NCBI GenBank assembly: GCA_023382435.1
Contig: JAHDVS010000008.1
Coordinates: 12,272 to 76,271, forward strand
Source of the DNA: Thermoleophilia bacterium
GTDB taxonomy: Bacteria; Actinomycetota; Thermoleophilia; Gaiellales; Gaiellaceae
Length of the DNA: 64,000 nucleotides
Reading direction: 5' to 3'
A program made the position numbers and the translations under genes. Position 1 is the first letter of the stretch, and every line of letters begins with the position of its first letter. The notes beneath the pieces were generated by a model. That model was given only the letters and a program-made list of their open reading frames with translations, was not told the DNA's origin and did not search any database. This document shows, one piece after another, positions 60,282 through 64,000 of the stretch.

Positions 60282-60868
60282 CAGCCGATTCCCTCGCCGA
60301 GGAACGCGTCGAAGCCGGCGGGCGCGGCGGCGTCGGCGGCAACGTGCCCGAAGCGGCCCGCGTGGAAGACGAGCGGCTCGCCCTCCCCGCCCGAGAAGGC
60401 CGTGACGGCGCCGAGCACGACATCGTGATCGCCCGCCGTCACGATCCCGTGCACCGAGCAGCGCAGCTCGGCAAGGGCGTGACGGACGACGAGCTGGCCG
60501 TCGCCAGCACGCTCGACGTGACCGGCCGGGAACGGCGCTCCTCGCTCGGCGAAATCGAGCGCGACCTGGCGCTGTCCCCGGCGCAACATGCTGACCGCAA
60601 AGCGCCCGGAGCGGCGGACGGCGTCGAGCGTCCGGGCCCCGTGGCCGAGCGACACGAGCACGAGCAGCGGCTCGAGCGAGACCGACGCGAAGCTGTTCAG
60701 CGTCATGCCGGCAGGCTGGCCCTCGTGCTCCGCCACGACCACGCCGACCCCGGTCGGGAACGCTCCGACACAGCGGCGGAACGCCTGCCTCGCGTCCGCA
60801 CGGCCAGCCGTCGCCTCCGCGGCCGGAAGAAGATCCGGCGCATCTCTCTCTGCGCTCCGCAAGGTCAA
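60278..60868 (-). CDS. flavin reductase (HpaC-like)
   Basis: FRRCVGAFPTGVGVV..., MTLNSFASVSLEPLLV motifs; TTG start. Confidence 0.85.
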   Translation of the reverse strand: MTLRSAERDAPDLLPAAEATAGRADARQAFRRCVGAFPTGVGVVVAEHEGQPAGMTLNSFASVSLEPLLVLVSLGHGARTLDAVRRSGRFAVSMLRRGQRQVALDFAERGAPFPAGHVERAGDGQLVVRHALAELRCSVHGIVTAGDHDVVLGAVTAFSGGEGEPLVFHAGRFGHVAADAAAPAGFDAFLGEGIGW

Positions 60869-60924
60869 TCCTGACTAGAACTCTAGCCAGAGGCAGCGCG
60901 CCCGGAGCGGACGCCGCTTCGAGC

Positions 60925-61770
60925 TCAGGCGTAAGCGGGCCCGGCCGCGCAGACGTTGCGCAGCGAGCCGACGCCCTCGATCTCCGACTCGACCACGTTG
61001 CCCGGCGCCAGGAACCGCCGTGGGTCGCGGCCGAACCCGACACCGGACGGGGTTCCGGTGAAGATCAGGTCGCCGGGCTCGAGCGTGCAGATCCGGGACG
61101 TCCACGCGAGCAGCGCCGCCACCGGGAAGATCAGGTCGCCGGTGCGGCTCGACTGCACGACCTCACCATCGACCCGGCAGGAGAGCCCGACGTCGTCGGG
61201 GTTCGCAAGCTCGTCGGGCGTCACGAGCACCGGCCCGAGCGGGGCGTACGTGTCGAACGACTTGGCCATCGTGAACTGCCTGAGCGCGCGGAACTGCTCC
61301 TCGCGGTCGGAGACGTCCTGGCCGCCGGTCAGGCCCGCGACGTACGACCAGGCGTCGGCCTCGGCGATCCGCCTGCCGCGGCGGCCGATCACGACGACGA
61401 GCTCGACCTCCCAGTCGACCTGGGTGCGCCCCCCGGGGATGACGATGTCGTCGGCGCAACCGACGAGCGCGCTCGGAAGCTTCGTGAACACGACCGGCTC
61501 CGTCGGGAGCTCGAGCCCCGACTCCTCCGCGTGAGCGCGGTAGTTGAGCCCGATCGCGAGGATCTTGGACGGGCGCGGCACGGGTGGCCCGAGCGCGGCA
61601 CCCGCGAGCGCCGGGGCGTCGTCGGGCACCGGAAGCTCGCCGATCTCCGCAAGCGCCGGGATCAACGCCATCGGATCGGCGGGCAGCCGCCCGCCACTCG
61701 CCCGCTCGACGTCGACGAGCCGACCGTCGACAACGAGGTGGGCCCTTCCGGAGAGGTTCGCGATTCGCAT
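60925..61770 (-). CDS. fumarylacetoacetate hydrolase-family protein
   Basis: GLNYRAHAEE, DWEVELVVVIG, LEPGDLIFTGTP motifs. Confidence 0.85.
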   Translation of the reverse strand: MRIANLSGRAHLVVDGRLVDVERASGGRLPADPMALIPALAEIGELPVPDDAPALAGAALGPPVPRPSKILAIGLNYRAHAEESGLELPTEPVVFTKLPSALVGCADDIVIPGGRTQVDWEVELVVVIGRRGRRIAEADAWSYVAGLTGGQDVSDREEQFRALRQFTMAKSFDTYAPLGPVLVTPDELANPDDVGLSCRVDGEVVQSSRTGDLIFPVAALLAWTSRICTLEPGDLIFTGTPSGVGFGRDPRRFLAPGNVVESEIEGVGSLRNVCAAGPAYA

Positions 61771-61816
61771 GCGCCAACCCTAACGCAGGTGGCGCGGGCC
61801 CGGCGTGACGAGCCGC

Positions 61817-63658
61817 CTACCCGGAAGCGCCGAGGTAGGCGACCTGGACGGCAGGATCGGCCTGGACCTCCGCCGGCGTCCCCTCCGCGATCACGCGGCC
61901 CTGGTCGAGCACGTAGATCCGATCGCAGATGGTCGTGATGAAGTGAAGGTCGTGGTCGATCACGAGCACGCCCGCGCCGATCGCCGCGGCCGTCGCGCGC
62001 ACGTGGTCGATCATCGCGGCTGACTCCGCCTCGCCGAGCCCGGACGTCGGCTCGTCGAGCAGCAGGAACGCGGGCGCGGCCGCCGCCGCGCGCGCCAACT
62101 CGAGCGCGCGGGCGGCACCGTAGTCGAGCTCACGCGCCCGCCGGTCGCGCTGCTCCCACAGTCCCGCTGCGACGAGCAGCTCATCCGGATCGGGGAGCAC
62201 GCGATCCGAGCGGTGCCGGGCCGCGACGAGCGCGGCCACCGAGACGTTCTCGCGCACGGACAGGGCGGGAAACAGGCGCAGGTTCTGGAACGTGCGAGCC
62301 AGCCCGGCCCGGGCGATCACGTGCGGCTGCTCGCCCGTGAGCACCCGCTCGCCGAGAGAGAACCGCCCTTCCGCGGGGATGACGATGCCCGTGACGACGT
62401 TCAATAGCGTCGTCTTGCCCGCTCCGTTCGGGCCGATCAGGCCGACGATCTCGTCGGCCCGGGCCTCGATCGAGCTCCCGTCGAGCGCGCGGAAGCCGCC
62501 GAACAGCACGGTCACCTCGCTCGCCGAGAGCCGCGACGGGTCGGGCCTGGCGGCGGCGGGCACGGGACTCGCCCGCTTCGCCCCCCCGGGCAGCGGGAGG
62601 CGCCGCAGGAGCCGTCGGAGCGGGAAGTCGATCTCCCAGTCGCCGAGCAGGCCCTCCGGGCGAAGGATCATGAACAGGAGCATGGCGCCGCCGAGGAAGA
62701 TGTCCGAGAGGCCCTCCTGGAGCAGCCAGTTCAGGCCGGGCACGGAGACATCGCCGCCCGCGAGGTACCGTGTGAACTCGTTGCCGGCCGTGATCACGAT
62801 GACGCCGAGCACCGCCCCGGTGACGCCGTTGCGCCCGCCCACGATCAGCATCACGAGCGTGAGCAGCGTGTAGCCGAAGAAGAAGAACTCGGGCGTCATC
62901 GAGCCGAGCACGTGCGTGCGCAGCGACGCTCCCACGGCGATCACGACGACGCTCAGGAGCAGAGCCGCGAGCTGCGGGTAGGTAGGGTTGACACCCATGG
63001 CCCGGGCTGCGAGATCGTCCTCGCGGGCAGCCTGCGCGAGACGGCCCGTCTCGGTCTCGCGGAAGAGACGCGCGCTCAGGATCGCGACGAAGAGGATCAC
63101 GTAGATCCAGGTGCGGTCGCTGAGGGAGTTCCCGGGCCCGAACGTCAGCCCGACGCGGCCGTTCGTGAGGTCGGGGTAGTTGCGCGCGACCTCGTAGACG
63201 ACGAAGAGCAGGGCGAGCGTGATCATGGTCGCCGCGATCGCCCCGGACTTCGCCCCCGAGCGGATCAGACCGAGCCCGACGATCAGCCCCAGGGCGAGAG
63301 TCACGGCGACCGCGATGACCATCGCCGGGGCGATCCCGAGCTGGACATCGGCAAGGCCGAACGGGGCGTCCGGGACTGAACGCTCCTTGAACCGCGGCGC
63401 GATCGCGAGCAGCGCGAACGTGTAGCCGGCCACGGCCGCGAAGCCCATGTGGCCGAAGGAGAGGATGCCGGTGTTGCCGATGAAGATCTGCAGCCCGATC
63501 ACCAGCACCGCGTTGACGAGCATCTGCGTCACCAGCGTGTCCCGCGCCGTGCCTCCGCCGGACGCGTACAGGAGGCCCCCACCGACGAGCAGGCCGAAGA
63601 CGGCGAGCGAGCCTGCACCCGGCAGGAGCAGCCGCCCGACGAGGTTCCCGCGCACCAT
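61817..63658 (-). CDS. branched-chain amino acid ABC transporter, fused permease (LivM-like) + ATPase (LivG-like)
   Basis: N-terminal ~340 aa polytopic permease; linker; then GPNGAGKTT Walker A, LLLDEP Walker B, ..VQVAYLG end. Confidence 0.85.
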   Translation of the reverse strand: MVRGNLVGRLLLPGAGSLAVFGLLVGGGLLYASGGGTARDTLVTQMLVNAVLVIGLQIFIGNTGILSFGHMGFAAVAGYTFALLAIAPRFKERSVPDAPFGLADVQLGIAPAMVIAVAVTLALGLIVGLGLIRSGAKSGAIAATMITLALLFVVYEVARNYPDLTNGRVGLTFGPGNSLSDRTWIYVILFVAILSARLFRETETGRLAQAAREDDLAARAMGVNPTYPQLAALLLSVVVIAVGASLRTHVLGSMTPEFFFFGYTLLTLVMLIVGGRNGVTGAVLGVIVITAGNEFTRYLAGGDVSVPGLNWLLQEGLSDIFLGGAMLLFMILRPEGLLGDWEIDFPLRRLLRRLPLPGGAKRASPVPAAARPDPSRLSASEVTVLFGGFRALDGSSIEARADEIVGLIGPNGAGKTTLLNVVTGIVIPAEGRFSLGERVLTGEQPHVIARAGLARTFQNLRLFPALSVRENVSVAALVAARHRSDRVLPDPDELLVAAGLWEQRDRRARELDYGAARALELARAAAAAPAFLLLDEPTSGLGEAESAAMIDHVRATAAAIGAGVLVIDHDLHFITTICDRIYVLDQGRVIAEGTPAEVQADPAVQVAYLGASG

Positions 63659-63676
63659 CGTCCGCGCCCGGCCCGC

Positions 63677-64000
63677 TTAGACGCGCTCTGCTCGGCGCAC
63701 GGTCACGAACCCCTGCGGGCGGACGATGAACAGCAGCGCGATCAGGAGGAACACGGCGCCCTCGGTCAGTCCGGCAAGATTGCCCGGCAGCCAGGCCCGG
63801 AGATACACCTCCGCGAGCCCGAGCGCGAAGCCGCCGAGCACGGCACCGGTCAGGCTCCCGAGCCCGCCGATGATCGCCGCGATCACGCCCTTCAACAACG
63901 GCACGAGACCCGCCCCCGGCTCGGCCTCGCCCGTCCGCATCAGCCAGAAGACCGCGGCGACCCCGGCGAGGAAGCCGGCCAGCGCGAACGCGCTGCGGAT
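63677..64000 (-). CDS. branched-chain amino acid ABC permease (LivH-like), C-terminal part; gene continues beyond right edge
   Basis: Frame open to base 64000; ..IIGGLGSLTGAVLGGFALGLAEV.. motif. Confidence 0.8.
   Translation of the reverse strand: MRSAFALAGFLAGVAAVFWLMRTGEAEPGAGLVPLLKGVIAAIIGGLGSLTGAVLGGFALGLAEVYLRAWLPGNLAGLTEGAVFLLIALLFIVRPQGFVTVRRAERV

Noticed and set aside
1-64000. tRNA, rRNA, CRISPR arrays, IS elements, integrases, prophage genes
   Set aside because: All non-coding gaps are under 250 bp, except the 388-bp gap that holds the PucR relic. I saw no repeat-spacer pattern, no transposase/integrase-like translation and no cloverleaf-sized conserved gaps. The scan was by eye only.

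Overview
This is a very GC-rich bacterial chromosomal segment; third codon positions are almost always G/C. It looks actinobacterial (Rubrobacteria/Thermoleophilia-like), but that is inference only. It holds about 60 protein genes, mostly in tightly coupled operons with 4-nt start/stop overlaps (ATGA/GTGA/TTGA) and many GTG/TTG starts. I saw no rRNA, tRNA, CRISPR array, transposase or integrase. The many long Arg/Pro/Ala-rich ORFs in the track are shadow frames of real genes. Gene content from left to right: ureABC (5' part of ureC); a thiolase-like/DUF35/SDR/acyl-CoA dehydrogenase cluster; an aminotransferase; an SDR; a TPP enzyme; a PPOX-flavoprotein plus sarcosine-oxidase-like operon headed by a small ORF; two coupled lipoproteins (CapA-like and a large unknown); an acyl-CoA synthetase; a class III aminotransferase; vapBC; an MMPL transporter. 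Next comes a ~13 kb amine/amide/lactam-type island: a TMADH-family dehydrogenase, PxpA/B/C homologues with their own biotin carboxylase and biotinyl carrier, an amidase, HyuA/HyuB plus a tiny zinc-ribbon ORF, a SnoaL-like protein and a PucR regulator. After that: purMNH followed by cystathionine beta-synthase/gamma-lyase; GT4 + amylo-1,6-glucosidase + nitronate monooxygenase; a corrinoid methyltransferase module; an MFS transporter; an SDR; pntAA-AB-B; DUF4389; a GerMN lipoprotein; an hpa-type aromatic cluster; livH/livMG. The most noteworthy observations are: (1) a corrinoid module with one methyltransferase but two different cobalamin-reactivation proteins, interrupted by a perfect 34-bp GC palindrome; (2) a urea-carboxylase-like domain set split into four polypeptides plus PxpA, next to an amidase and a hydantoinase pair; (3) a 68-codon zinc-ribbon ORF whose reading frame continues with coding-like periodicity for 44 codons past its TGA; (4) several exact palindromes and tandem repeats, and gene relics (a PucR HTH fragment and a collapsed hot-dog ORF). 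All family assignments come from motif recognition by eye. No database search or alignment was run.
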